64,000 bases of DNA, from the NCBI RefSeq assembly GCF_963921235.1, contig NC_086107.1:115322001-115386000 (forward strand), given 5' to 3'. Below the pieces are notes generated by a model that had not been told where the DNA came from, searched no databases, and worked only from the letters and a program-made list of their open reading frames with translations. The first letter of the stretch is position 1; every line of letters begins with the position of its first letter. The position numbers and the translations under genes were made by a program. This DNA comes from Mobula hypostoma (taxonomy: Eukaryota). Below, piece after piece: positions 35,726-48,953 of this stretch.

Positions 35726-37079
35726 GAATCTTCAAAAGGTGGTGCCTGGAGAAGGCGGAATGTATCATGAAGAATCAACGCCATGAAGGCTTTTCATTGG
35801 TACCATCGGGGAGGAGGTACAGCGGCCTGAAGACGAACACTCATCGTTTTAGGAACAGTTTCTTCCCCGTCGCCGTCGTTCCTGAACGGTGCGTGGATGC
35901 TGAACACTATCTCATTATTCCTCGTTGCCATGGTTATTTATTTCACTTCATTGCCACGTTTTGTAACACATCTGTTTTGCACTGTACTGCGGCACAAAAC
36001 AACAAATCTGACGATACGTGTCACTGATAATTAAATGTGATTCTGATTCTGAGCAGCATTTCTTGCTGAATCGGGTTAGGACATGGACGGACTTTAGAAT
36101 AATAAATTGCGCTCCCAGTATTAGAGAGCTGGAAAGGACAGTGTTTCTGACACGTTGACACCCGGGCCCTGAACATGAAAGAGTTGTGTATGTAGAAGCA
36201 CGTTACACCTGTTTCGCGTGGACGAGTCAGTCGCTCGCACTGTGGCGCCTAAACGCAACGAACAAGTGAAAATTTCACCCGATGTAGCTCAACACCATGT
36301 CGCAGAAAGGGCAACTCATGCATTGCACCCGGCGCTCAGGTACCCCTGTCCGAAACAACTAACTGAAGTCCATCAAACGAGTTTTTCATTCTTCGACAGG
36401 TGGGTTTGGGAATTGTAGCGAGGACACTCGGCACTTGAGTCTCATCTGGGCCAGGCTGTATTGTCCTCGTGTCACACTTAGAAAGAAGCGAATACTCTAG
36501 TTCATGTAAAAAATGTAAATCTAAATCCAACCACATTCTTCGCTACTGATGGGACAATGCTCATTGCTTAATTATAACCAGTCCGGTAGTTCATCATTCA
36601 CACCTGCAGATAACAAATAAAGAACCCAGATGAATTAAACGTAGAAATATTATTAACTTGATAGTGAAAGTCAACACGACTTAACTGTAATTGCTGTGGC
36701 TTTCCGCGCGTTCAGAGAGGGAGAGAAAGAGAGGCAAAATGGAAACGCCGTTTTAAATAGACACATTCTTTCGCAGATGATCGATCGGCAAAATAAAACA
36801 AACCAAATTCCAGAACGGCTGCCGTTCCAGTTTCCTGATTGGTAAGACATTAGCCATGGTTGAAACTTAGGTCACGATTTGTTTCATCTCTTGGATATCA
36901 ACAGGTACTTGGGGCTGATGAAATGTGGACAACTTCTACAGTTATTCCTTCTCCTGAGGCGACCATGCCAAGTCTCTGCTGAGAACTGACCTGGCAGGCA
37001 ACTGAAATGTCAGGATTATCCGGAGCTTCTCTCCGAGAGTCAATGACCTCCCATCCCTTCCCTTCCAATTTGGTACTTT

Positions 37080-37725
37080 GGTAGCTTTTGGTACATTGGC
37101 CTTTACTAATCAAAGTATTGAGTATAAGAGCTGGAAGGTTATGATGAGGTTGTATAAGGCATTGGTGAGGCCGAATCTGGAGTATTGTGTTCAGTTTTGG
37201 TCACCAAATTACAGGAACGATATAAATAAGGTTGAAAGAGTGCAGAGGTTTACAAGGATGTTGCCGGGATTTGAGAAACTCAGTTACAGAGAAAGGTTGA
37301 ATAGGTTAGGACTTTATTCCCTGGAGCGTAGAAGAATGAGGGGAGATTTGATAGAGGTATATAAAATTATGATGGGTATAGATAGAGTGAATGCAAGCAG
37401 GCTTTTTCTACTGAGGCAAGGGGAGAAAAAAACCAGAGGACATGGATTAAGGTGGGGGGGGGAGTTTAAAGGGAACATTAGTGGGGGCTTCTTCACACAG
37501 ACAGTGGTGGGAGTATGGAATGAGCTGCCAGACGAGGTGGTAAATGCGGGTTCTTTTTTAACATTTAAGAATAAATTGGACAGATACATGGATGGGAGGT
37601 GTATGAAGGGATATGGTCCGTGTGCAGGTCAGTGGGACTAGGCAGAAAATGGTTCGGCACAGCCAAGAAGGGCCAAAAAGCCTGTTTCTGTGCTGTAGTC
37701 TATGGTTTCTGTGGTTTCTATGGTT
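37080..37725 (+). mobile_element. CR1 3' fragment with (TTCTATGG)n tail; copies at about 48073-48724 and 59383-60032
   Basis: LYKALVRPNLEYCVQFWSP...RGDLIEVYK. Confidence 0.85.
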
Positions 37726-38004
37726 CTAATTAAATGTACCCGTTCAGCAGTTGTGTTTACTTATTCAATCATCTGGTCTGGGGATTACGCCTTAGACCCA
37801 GCGACGATGAAGGAACAGTGAAGTACTTCCAAGTCGAGTTTATAAACGAGCGGGATGCCATTCTCCAGCATTTGCAGGTACTCCTCGTGCTCTACAATAT
37901 TAGAGCCGCCGAGGCAGGTAACTTGCCCTGGCCCTGGCACCTTAGCTGCGTGCTATAGGTTCCCGCTCTACTTTCTGTCAGTTCTGTTGTATATAGAACC
38001 TGTT

Positions 38005-39005
38005 CTCCTCCACTCTCACCCTGAACACCGGCGTGCCTCAAGGCTGTGTGCTGAGCCCTCTTCTGTACTCCCTTTCGACCCATGACTGCGTTCCTGTACA
38101 TGGTTCTAACTCCATAATCAAGTTCGCAGACGACACCACGGTAGTTGGCCTGATCAGAGGGGATGACGAGACGGCCAACGGGGACGAGGTCCAGCACTTG
38201 GCCACGTGGTGTGCTACCAACAACCCGGCCCTTAACACCCAGAAGACCAAGGAGGTCATTGTGGATTTCAGGCGTGCTAGGAGCCACACTCACGTCCCCA
38301 ACTACATCAACGGAGCTGTAGCGGAGCGTGTATCAAGTTTCAAATTCCTTGGTGCCCACATTTCCGAGGATCTCACCTGGTCCCCGAACTCCTGCATCCG
38401 GATCCAAAATGCGCAATAGCGCCTTTATTTCCTGCGGAGCATCAAGAAAGCTCACCTCTGTCCCAGGATACTGACGGACTTTTACCGCTGTACCATTGAG
38501 AGCATACTCACCAACTGCATCTCAGTGTGGTATGGCAATTGTCCCGTATCGGAGCGCAAAGCAGTCCAGCGTGTGGTGAAAACTGCCCAGCGGATTATCG
38601 GCACCCAATTGCCCACCATTGAGAACACCTACCATAAACGCTGCCTGGGCAGGGCGAAAAGCATTATCAAGGATGCATCTCACCCTAACCATGGACTTTT
38701 TACTCTCCTCCCATCCGGTAGGCGCTACAGGAGCCTCCGCTCCCGCACCAGCAGGCACAGGAAGAGCTTCTTCCCTGAGGCTGTGACCCTGCTGAACCTC
38801 ACATCACAGCGCTAAACAGTATTGCACCCATATTGTACTGTCTCAGTACTTTTATATTTGTGTGCTGTAGCACTTACTTTTTATTCGCAGTTATTTTGTA
38901 AATAACACTAGTCCTTGCATTTCTGGTTAGATACTAACTGCATTTCAGTGACTTTGTATCTGTACTCGGCACAATGAGAATAAAGTTGAATCTATTCTAA
39001 TCTAA
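38005..39005 (+). mobile_element. Rex1/Babar-type LINE 3' part (RT) with (AATCT)n tail
   Basis: PQGCVLSPLLY...KFADDTTVVGLI; internal stop. Confidence 0.85.
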
Positions 39006-40527
39006 TATATTGTGCATTCAGTGGTCCGCCGATAACATCCGCAGTTTGACACACGTTGGAATAATAACATCAAGAAAACGTTTTGAAGCTTTGTCTATTT
39101 TATGTATCTATTCACCTTCATGCATATAAATATTCAATGCCGTGATGCGCGGCTCTCTGGATTACAAAATAATTTCTTTCATGCGGAATGTAATTAAATC
39201 TTTTCCACATTTCTATATTTAGAAACTGGTTTGGGCCGCGTTCTCTTGGCAAATACAGTAATACATTGAGCAGAATCAGTCAAATCCACGAAAATCAATA
39301 CAGCATACCTGTAGTCTTTCAATTTTTATTTCGAACAACAGGCGGGACATTTAAGTAGGATTTTACAATTCAGCCAAAGCTTTAGTCGGATGACCAAGCG
39401 TCGTGGTTGCAATCATGTCAGATGTTTCCTGTTAAGTATTGAACAACGATTGATTACTCGTTTTGGAGCCCAATCTGCTGTATCATGTTTGTGAATCGAA
39501 GTCGAACGAGATAATGCCCTGGAACAGGAGTGCCGGGTCAAAGGATCATTTCATTATTGATTATGGTGGGAGTGCCGGTTCATTATTATCCTGAACTCCC
39601 CCTTTTTTACGACTGGAGATTCGAAGGTGTCCGCCTAAATACGTCGGCTGAAGATCGAGCTGACGTGAAAGTGGAGGCCAATGTTGAATCGAAGACTCGA
39701 TGAGTCGATTCACCTAATTCCATCCCGGTGCCACATCTGGTCCTATTGTTTCTGAAGTATTATTTTTACTCTTCTTTTATAAAATGCTTTAGCGAGGCGG
39801 CCGGGGTGTGCGTGAGAAGCGAAAATTATCTACCTACGAAATAGAAAATGTGGTTCTTCAAATTCCTCCAGCTGTGGTAAATATTTTAATCCCCAGTGGA
39901 AATACAGCGCCAGAGACCAACCTTCAAGACGGAGCTTCAAAGTTCAAAGTTCAAGGTTCAAAGTAAATTTATCGGCAGAATACGTGTAAGTCACCAAACA
40001 CCACCTTGGGAGTTATCTTCTTGCAGACATTCCCATTCGGGCAGAGAAATACAATATAACGTATGACAAACTACACAGAAACATACACTGACAATCACCA
40101 AGGTGGAAAAGAAGACAACCTGCAGATTAAAAAGTACAAAACAGAATAATAGTAAGAACATGCGTTGTAGAATCCTTGAAAGTGAGTCCATAGGTTGTGG
40201 AATTAGTTCCGAGTGAGGGTGAATGAAGTTAACCGCATAGATGGTTGAAGTTTCCACTTTGTCCGGGTTCTCATGTGTTATTGGAACTGTACTCTTCGAA
40301 GCAACGGGAATGTATCTATTGCGAAATAACTTTGTACATGTATCACCGCAGAACAGATTTTTAAAATATCTGCCAATTCTCCCAAGTGCCAGGGGATATT
40401 GGGGCAACTGGGCAAGTCAGAGGCACGACCGTTCAAATAACACACTCTGTACTAGAGACGAACTAGAAAGTTTATTGAAAGCAACTGGCAGATCAGAATG
40501 GTGGGGGATGGAACGTTGAGCATGTAG

Positions 40528-40865
40528 TGTCAGGAAATGTAATGGAAACTTGACCCAAAAGCAGAGCCGCAGAGCCGATTCAGTGGTGAATGATAACTTT
40601 AGCAATAGACTACAAAGTAACAAGCTAGAGGAGACAACACGACAGGTAACAAGGCAAACTTTACGCAAGGAGAGTGAAGGCCAGCAGCAACTGGGAGAGG
40701 TTGGTTGGTTCAATGGGTGAACAAGGACTGTGGCGGAGAACTGAGGTAAATAGCCTGCAGGTTGTAAGTCCGGGACAAGTGGCTGGTGAATCGGATGAGC
40801 TGGGAGGACTGTGGGAGGTGCTTGCATGTGTAGGCTGGGAGGCATCAGCGGGAGCAGGCCTGACA
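40528..40865. mobile_element. solo LTR (338 bp); copies at 51930-52267 and 63244-63581
   Basis: TGTCAGG...CCTGACA termini; TSD tgtag/tgtaa. Confidence 0.75.
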
Positions 40866-42018
40866 TGTAAATGGGATGTAGTCTGTGAAAAGTCGACGTA
40901 CTTAATGGACGAGAACACAGTTGGGAGGACCAGAGTATCGGTCTCGTGCTGGTAACCTGTAAAGAAAGAACTAAACTTTCAAGAATTCATATTAGATTCC
41001 TCCTTGTCATGTGGGAAAATGTGTAAAACTCTGTAATATTGCATTCTGGTATTTCCAGTATGTGCCATTCTGGTTTATTCCATATCAGAGTCGGCTGCTG
41101 TCGGGTGCTTCCAATGCATCGGCAAGTTTGCGGCACTGGAGGTTCATGGCAGGGAGAGTTTCTCCCTTCTGCCACCTGCGTTAGATGATGAGTCGATCGG
41201 GACTTTGAGACTTTTTTTTTACCGTGCCCATGGTCTGCTCTTTATCAAATTAAGATATTGCTTTGAACTGTTGTAACTATATGTTATAATTACGTGGTTT
41301 TGTCAGTTTTTGTCTTGGTTTGTCCTGTTTTTCTTGTGATATCACTCTGGAGGAACATTGTATCATTTTTAATGCATGCATTTCTAAATGACAATAAACG
41401 AGGATTGAATGTTCTCATAATCTAATCTGTATTTCATCTTCTGAAATTATTTTAATATAATCCCTTATTCTTCATAACTATTTAATGTTTTCTGGTTGTA
41501 TGCCGTGACCCGACCAACGCACCTGAGCAAACTTGTAAGTGTATTAGGTAATAAATTCCCTCCTAGATCTTTGATCATTGAGCAAAAAGCAAACAAAATA
41601 AAAAGATTTAAGAAGTGATATGTGGTAATCCGTTGAGCAGTTACGGGAATGCATAGCTTTGAGATTAGATGATGGTAAATATCAGGCTCACCGTGGGTAA
41701 ATAACTGTAAAGCATGTTCAGAATCAGAACACATAATCAGATTTATTATCCCTGATATACAGTTTATCTAAAGTTTGTTTTCTGAGGTATAATAAAAGCG
41801 CATAACATAACATACACTGTAAATTACAATAATAACGAAACTAGTAGTGCGAAAATAGTGAAACTGTTTAAGGCATGTGTTTAGCTGGAATACTACGGGA
41901 GATAAAAAAAAACGAAAGGAATAGAAACATAGAAACATAGAAAATAGGTGCAGGAGTAGGCCATTCGGCCCTTCGAGCCTGCACCGCCATTTATTATGAT
42001 CATGGCTGATCATCCAAC

Positions 42019-45000
42019 TCAGAACCCAGCCTTCCCTCCATACCCCCTGACCCCTGTAGCCACAAGGGCCATATCTAACTTCCTTTTAAACATAGCTAAT
42101 GAACTGGCCTCAACAGTTTGCTGTGGCAGAGAATTCCACAGATTCACCACTCTCTGTGTGAAGAAGTTTTTCCTAACCTCGGTCCTAAAAGGCTTCCCCT
42201 CTATCCTCAAACTGTGACCCCTCGTTCTAGACCTCCCCAACATCGGGAACAATCTTCCTGCGTCTAGCCTGTCCAATCCCTTTAGGATCTTATACGTTTC
42301 AATCTTCTAAATTCCAACGAGTACAAGCCCAGTTCATCCAGTCTTTCTTCATATGAAAGACCTGCCATCCCAGGAATCAATCTGGTGAACCTTCTTTGTA
42401 CTCCCTCTATGGCAAAGATGTCTTTCCTCAGATTAGGGGACCAAAACTGCACACAATACTCCAGGTATGGTCTCACCAAGGCCTTGTACAACTGCAGTAG
42501 TACCTCCCTGCTCCTGTACTCGAATCCTCTCGCTATAAATGCCAGCATACCGTTCGCCTTTTTCACCGCCTGCTGTACCTGCATGCCCACTTTCAATGAC
42601 TGGTGTATAATGACACCCAGGTCTCGTTGCACCTCCCCTTTTCCTAATCGGCCACCATTCAGATAATAATCTGTTTTCCTATTTTTGCCACCAAAGTGGA
42701 TAACTTCACATTTATCCACATTAAATTGCATCTGCCATGAATTTGCCCACTCACCCAACCTATCCAAGTCACCCTGCATCCTCTTAGCATCCTCCTCACT
42801 GCTAACACTGCCACCCAGCTTTGTGTCATCCGCAAACTTGGAGATGCTGCATTTAATTCCCTCATCCAAGTCATTAATATATATTGTAAACAACTGGGGT
42901 CCCAGCACTGAGCCTTGCGGTACCCCACTAGTCACCGCCTGCCATTCTGAAAAGGTCCCGTTTATTCCCACTCTTTGCTTCCTGTCTGTTAACCAATTCT
43001 CCACCCACACCAATACCTTACCCCCAATACCGTGTGCTTTAAGTTTGCACACTAATCTCCTGTGTGGGACCTTGTCAAAAGCCTTTTGAAAATCCAAATA
43101 TACCACATCCACTGGTTCTCCCCTATCCACTCTACTAGTTACATCCTCAAAAAATTCTATGAGATTCGTCAGACATGATTTTCCTTTCACAAATCCATGC
43201 TGACTTTGTCCGATCATTTCACCGCTTTCCAAATGTGCTGTTATCACATCCTTGATAACTGACTCCAGCAGTTTCCCCACCACCGACGTTAGGCTAACCG
43301 GCCTATAATTCCCCGGTTTCTCTCTCCCTCCTTTTTTAAAAAGTGGGGTTACATTAGCCACCCTCCAATCCTCAGGAACTAGTCCAGAATCTAACGAGTT
43401 TTGAAAAATTATCACTAATGCATCCACTATTTCTTGGGCCACTTCCTTAAGCACTCTGGGATGCAGACCATCTGGCCCCGGGGATTTATCTGCCTTCAAT
43501 CCCTTCAATTTACCTAACACCACTTCCCTACTAACATGTATTTCGCTCAGTTCCTCCATCTCACTGGACCCTCTGTCCCTTACTATTTCTGGAAGATTAT
43601 TTATGTCCTCCTTAGTGAAGACAGAACCAAAGTAATTATTCAATTGGTCTGCCATGTCCTTGCTCCCCATAATCAATTCACCTGTTTCTGTTTGCAGGGG
43701 ACCTACATTTGTCTTTATCAGTCTTTTCCTTTTTACATATCTATAAAAGCTTTTACAGTCCGTTTTTATGTTCTCTGCCAGTTTTCTCTCATAATCTTTT
43801 TTCCCCTTCCTAATTAAGCCCTTTGTCCTCCTCTGCTGAACTCTGAATTTCTCCCAGTCCTCAGGTGAGCCACTTTCTCTGGCTAATTTGTATGCTACTT
43901 CTTTGGAATTGATACTATCCCTAATTTCTCTTGTCAGCCACGGGTGCACTACCTTCCTTGATTTATTCTTTTGCCAAACTGGGATGAACAATTGTTGTAG
44001 TTCATCCATGCAATCTTTAAATGCTTGCCATTGCATATCCACCGTCAATCCTTGAAGTGTCATTTGCCAGTCTATCTTAGCTAATTCACGTCTCATACCT
44101 TCAAAGTTACCCCTCTTCAGAACCTTTGTTTCTGAATTAACTGCGTCACTCTCCATGTTAATGAAGAATTCCACCATATTATGGTCACTCTTACCCAAGG
44201 GGCCTCTCACAACAAGATCGCTAATTAACCCTTCCTCATTGCTCAAAACCCAGTCCAGAATAGCCTGCTGCTCAAAACCCAGTCCAGAATAGCCTGCTCT
44301 CTAGTCGGTTCCTCGACATGTTGGTTCAAAAAACCATCCCGCATACATTCCAAGAAATCCTCTTCCTCAGCACCTTTACCAATTTGGTTCACCCAGTCTA
44401 CATGTAGATTGAAGTCACCCATTATAACTGCTGTTCCTTTATTGCACACATTTCTAATTTCCTGTTTAATACCATCTCCGACCTCACTACTACTGTTAGG
44501 TGGCCTGTACACAACTCCCACCAGCGTCTTCTGCCCCTTAGTGTTACGCAGCTCTACCCATATCGATTCCACATCTTCCCGGCTTATGTCCTTCCTTTCT
44601 ATTGCGTTAATCTCTTTTTTAACCAGCAACGCCACCCCACCTCCCCTTCCTTCATGTCTATCCCTCCTGAATATTGAATATCCCTGAACGTTGAGCTCCC
44701 ATCCCTGGTCACCCTGGAGCCATGTCTCTGTGATCCCAACTATATCATAATCATTAATAACAATCTGCACTTTCAATTCATCCACCTTATTACGAATGCT
44801 CCTTGCATTGACACATAAAGCCTTCAGGCGCTCTTTTACAACTCTCTTAGCCCTTTTTAATGCTTGCCCTGGATTTGTCGGCCTGCCACTTTTACTTTTC
44901 CCCTTTGTACTTTTTGCTTCTACGCTCACTTTACACCCCTCTGTCTCTCTGCACTGGTTCCCATCCCTCTGTTGTGAACTAACCTCCTCACACCTAGCCG

Positions 45001-45025
45001 CTTTAATTTGATTCCCACCCCCCAA
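42019..45025 (-). pseudogene. CR1 ORF2 (APE endonuclease plus reverse transcriptase), disrupted
   Basis: 29-bp tandem duplication at 44240-44297 and 16-bp deletion at about 42300, both frameshifting. Confidence 0.9.
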
Positions 45026-45030
45026 CCATT

Positions 45031-45966
45031 CTAGTTTAAAGTCACCTCAGTAGCCCCCGCTAATCTCCCTGCCAGGATATTGGTCCCCCTAGGATTTAAG
45101 TGTAACCCGTCCTTTTTGTACAGGTCACACCTGCGCCAAAAGAGGTCCCAATGATCCAAAAACTTGAATCCCTGCCCCCTGCTCCAATCCCTCAGCCACG
45201 CATTTATCCTCCACCTCATCGCATTCCTACTCTCACTGTCGCGTGGCACAGGCAGTAATCCCAAGATTACTACCTTTGCGGTCCTTTTTCTCAACTCCCT
45301 TCCTAGCTCCCTATATTCTTCTTTCAGGACCTCATCCCTTTTCCTACCTATGTCATTGGTACCTATATGTACCAGGACCTCTGGCTCTTCACCCTCCCAC
45401 TTCAGGATATCTTGGACACGATCAGAAATATCCCGGACCCTGGCACCAGGGAGGCAAACTACCATCCGAGTCTCTGGACTGCGTCCACAGAATCGCCTAT
45501 CTGACCCCCTTACTATCGAGTCCCCTATCACAACTGCCCTCCTCTTCCTTGCCCTACCCTTCTGAGCTACAGGGCCAGACTCTGTGCCGGAGGCAGGGCC
45601 ACTGTCGCTTCCCCCGGGTAAGCTGTCCCCCCCAACAGTACTCAAACAGGAGTACCTGTTGTTAAGGGGCACAGCCGCCGGGGTACTCCCCATCACCTGC
45701 CTTTTCCCCTTCCCCCTCCTAACCGTGACCCACTTGTCTGCCTCCCGTGGCCCCGGCGTGACCACCTGCCTTCCACTCCTCTCTATCACCTCCTCACTCT
45801 CCCTGACCAGACGAAGGTCATCGAGCTGCAGCTCCAGTTCCGTAACGCGGTCCCTTAGGAGCTGCATCTCGATGCACTTGGCGCAGATGTAGACGTCCGG
45901 GAGGCTTGGAGACTCCAGGGCCTCCCACATCCGACACCGAGAACAGCAAACTGCCCTCACAGTCAT
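45031..45966 (-). CDS. CR1 ORF1: Zn-finger, coiled coil and SGNH esterase domain (311 aa)
   Basis: CSRC..CAKC, heptad repeat, GDSIVRG, HIGTND, DGLHLN. Confidence 0.9.
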   Translation of the reverse strand: MTVRAVCCSRCRMWEALESPSLPDVYICAKCIEMQLLRDRVTELELQLDDLRLVRESEEVIERSGRQVVTPGPREADKWVTVRRGKGKRQVMGSTPAAVPLNNRYSCLSTVGGDSLPGGSDSGPASGTESGPVAQKGRARKRRAVVIGDSIVRGSDRRFCGRSPETRMVVCLPGARVRDISDRVQDILKWEGEEPEVLVHIGTNDIGRKRDEVLKEEYRELGRELRKRTAKVVILGLLPVPRDSESRNAMRWRINAWLRDWSRGQGFKFLDHWDLFWRRCDLYKKDGLHLNPRGTNILAGRLAGATEVTLN

Positions 45967-46128
45967 AATGCCCCTCTCCTCAAATAGCAACAGAAAATGA
46001 ATGTCAAACCTTCCTCGCCTCGCCCGTTTCTGCCTAAGCCCGGTGAGCCGAAGCCCTTAAGTCTTCACTCTGCTCCCGGCTCACTCCGCCGCCCGCAAAC
46101 TACGCTGCCCGCTCTCTGAGGCTCTGTT

Positions 46129-46449
46129 CCTTTTAAATTTGCCGCGCTGCACTGCCCGACGTCACACGCCTGCGCAGTCCCGCCTCTCAGAAAGCCGTTG
46201 GAGAAAAAAAATAACGAAAATTTCAAAAATCTCTTTCTCGGCACTCCCACTCAAACTCTCAGACTCCTTCTTCGAATCAAATCCGAAGCAGGATGTCTGC
46301 CCTTTTAAATCTGCCGCGCTGCACTGCCCGACGTCACACGCCTGCGCAGTCCCGCCTCTCAGAAAGCCGTTGGAGAAAAAAAATAACGAAAATTTCAAAA
46401 ATCTCTTTCTCGGCACTCCCACTCAGACTCTCAGACTCCTTCTTCGAAT
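46129..46449 (-). promoter_or_regulatory. CR1 5'UTR tandem monomers (172-bp period)
   Basis: 46129-46300 repeated at 46301-46449; each has GGCGGG, TGCGCAGGCG, TGACGTC and TTTAAAAGG on the element strand. Confidence 0.7.
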
Positions 46450-48953
46450 GAGGGGTTGAAAGGTATAAAAGGCTATTCCTTTGTGTAAGGCGGAGCAGGG
46501 TCGAGACCCCCGCTTAAGATACAGACTGGCAGAGAGCAGGGAGACTGTTGGAACAAGCTGCTGGGCACTTGGAATTCTGCTTCGGCGTTGTATCCGATCA
46601 GCTGATAATTATTTATTCCTCTGCATTTTATTGAAGTGGTTAATGTGCAGCTTTCATAAGTCTAATAAAGTAGTCTTATATCACTCAACAGTGTATAATG
46701 TCTCCTTTGTTTGTAAAAGAATCTTCAAAAGGTGGTGCCTGGAGAAGGCGGAATGTATCATGAAGAATCAACGCCATGAAGGCTTTTCATTGGTACCATC
46801 GGGGAGGAGGTACAGCAGCCTGAAGACGAACACTCATCGTTTTAGGAACAGTTTCTTCCCCGTCGCCGTCGTTCCTGAACGGGGCGTGGATGCTGAACAC
46901 TATCTCATTATTCCTCGTTGCCATGGTTATTTATTTCACTTCATTGCCACGTTTTGTAACACATCTGTTTTGCACTGTACTGAGGCACAAAACAACAAAT
47001 CTGACGATACGTGTCACTGATAATTAAATGTGATTCTGATTCTGAGCAGCATTTCTTGCTGAATCGGGTTAGGACATGGACGGACTTTAGAATAATAAAT
47101 TGCGCTCCCAGTATTAGAGAGCTGGAAAGGACAGTGTTTCTGACACGTTGACACCCGGGCCCTGAACATGAAAGAGTTGTGTATGTAGAAGCACGTTACA
47201 CCTGTTTCGCGTGGACGAGTCAGTCGCTCGCACTGTGGCGCCTAAACGCAACGAACAAGTGAAAATTTCACCCGATGTAGCTCAACACCATGTCGCAGAA
47301 AGGGCAACTCATGCATTGCACCCGGCGCTCAGGTACCCCTGTCCGAAACAACTAACTGAAGTCCATCAAACGAGTTTTTCATTCTTCGACAGGTGGGTTT
47401 GGGAATTGTAGCGAGGACACTCGGCACTTGAGTCTCATCTGGGCCAGGCTGTATTGTCCTCGTGTCACACTTAGAAAGAAGCGAATACTCTAGTTCATGT
47501 CAAAAATGTTAATCTAAACCCAACGACATTCTTCGCTACTGATGGGACAATGCTCATTGCTTAATTATAACCAGTCCGGTAGTTCATCATTCACACCTGC
47601 AGATAACAAATAAAGAACCCAGATGAATTAAACGTAGAAATATTATTAACTTGATAGTGAAAGTCAACACGACTTAACTGTAATTGCTGTGGCTTTCCGC
47701 GCGTTCAGAGAGGGAGAGAAAGAGAGGCAAAATGGAAACGCCGTTTTAAATAGACACATTCTTTCGCAGATGATCGATCGGCAAAATAAAACAAACCAAA
47801 TTCCAGAACGGCTGCCGTTCCAGTTTCCTGATTGGTAAGACATTAGCCATGGTTGAAACTTAGGTCACGATTTGTTTTATCTCTTGGATATCAACAGGTA
47901 CTTGGGGCTGATGAAATGTGGACAACTGCTACAGTTATTCCTTCTTCTAAGGCGACCATGCCAAGTCTCTGCTGAGAACTGACCTGGCAGGCAACTGAAA
48001 TGTCAGGATTATCCGGAGCTTCTCTCCGAGAGTTTATGACCTCCCATCCCTTCCCTTCCAATTTGGTACTTTGGTAGCTTTTGGTACATTGGCCTTTACT
48101 AATCAAAGTATTGAGTATAAGAGCTGGAATGTTATGATGAGGTTGTATAAGGCATTGGTGAGGCCGAATCTGGAGTATTGTGTTCAGTTTTGGTCACCAA
48201 ATTACAGAAAGGATATAAATAAGGTTGAAAGAGTGCAGAGAAGGTTTACAAGGATGTGGCCAGGACTTGAGAAACTCAGTTACAGAGAAAGGTTGAATAG
48301 GTTAGGACTTTATTCCCTGGAGCATGGAAGAATGAGGGGAGATTTGATAGAGGTATATAAAATTATGATGGGTATAGATAGAGTGAATGCAAGCAGGCTT
48401 TTTCTACTGAGGCAAGGGGAGAAAAAAACCAGAGGACATGGATTAAGGTGGGGGGGGGGAGTTTAAAGGGAACATTAGTGGGGGCTTCTTCACACAGACA
48501 GTGGTGGGAGTATGGAATGAGCTGCCAGACGAGGTGGTAAATGCGGGTTCTTTTTTAACATTTAAGAATAAATTGGACAGATACATGGATGGGAGGTGTA
48601 TGAAGGGATATGGTCCGTGTGCAGGTCAGTGGGACTAGGCAGAAAATGGTTCGGCACAGCCAAGAAGGGCCAAAAAGCCTGTTTCTGTGCTGTAGTCTAT
48701 GGTTTCTGTGGTTTCTATGGTTCTAATTAAACGTACCCGTTCAGCAGTTGTGTTTACTTATTCAATCATCTGGCCTGGGGATTACGCCTTAGACCCAGCG
48801 ACGATGAAGGAACAGCGAAGTACTTCCAAGTCGAGTTTATAAACGAGCGGGATGCCATTCTCCAGCATTTGCAGGTACTCCTCGTGCTCTACAATATTAG
48901 AGCCGCCGAGGCAGGTAACTTGCCCTGGCCCTGGCACCTTAGCTGCGTGCTAT

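Larger units (their letters stand above)
41923..46445 (-). mobile_element. full-length CR1 LINE, copy 1 (ORF2 doubly frameshifted)
   Basis: 5'UTR monomers, ORF1, ORF2 and (TTCTATGT)n tail; gaat at both junctions; empty site at 35453-35456. Confidence 0.95.

Noticed and set aside
35488..36027. 179-aa ORF repeated three times as a host gene
   Set aside because: Non-ATG start; a chimera of LTR-like sequence and a Rex-type 3' remnant; it recurs only through the tandem duplication
39991..40955. Recurring 138-aa and 149-aa ORFs
   Set aside because: No recognisable domain; they span repeat fragments and a solo LTR
39627..41615. GT...AG block missing from unit 1 read as a spliced intron (processed copy)
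   Set aside because: No polypyrimidine tract before the AG, the neighbouring 247-bp block has no splice ends, and gaag microhomology suffices
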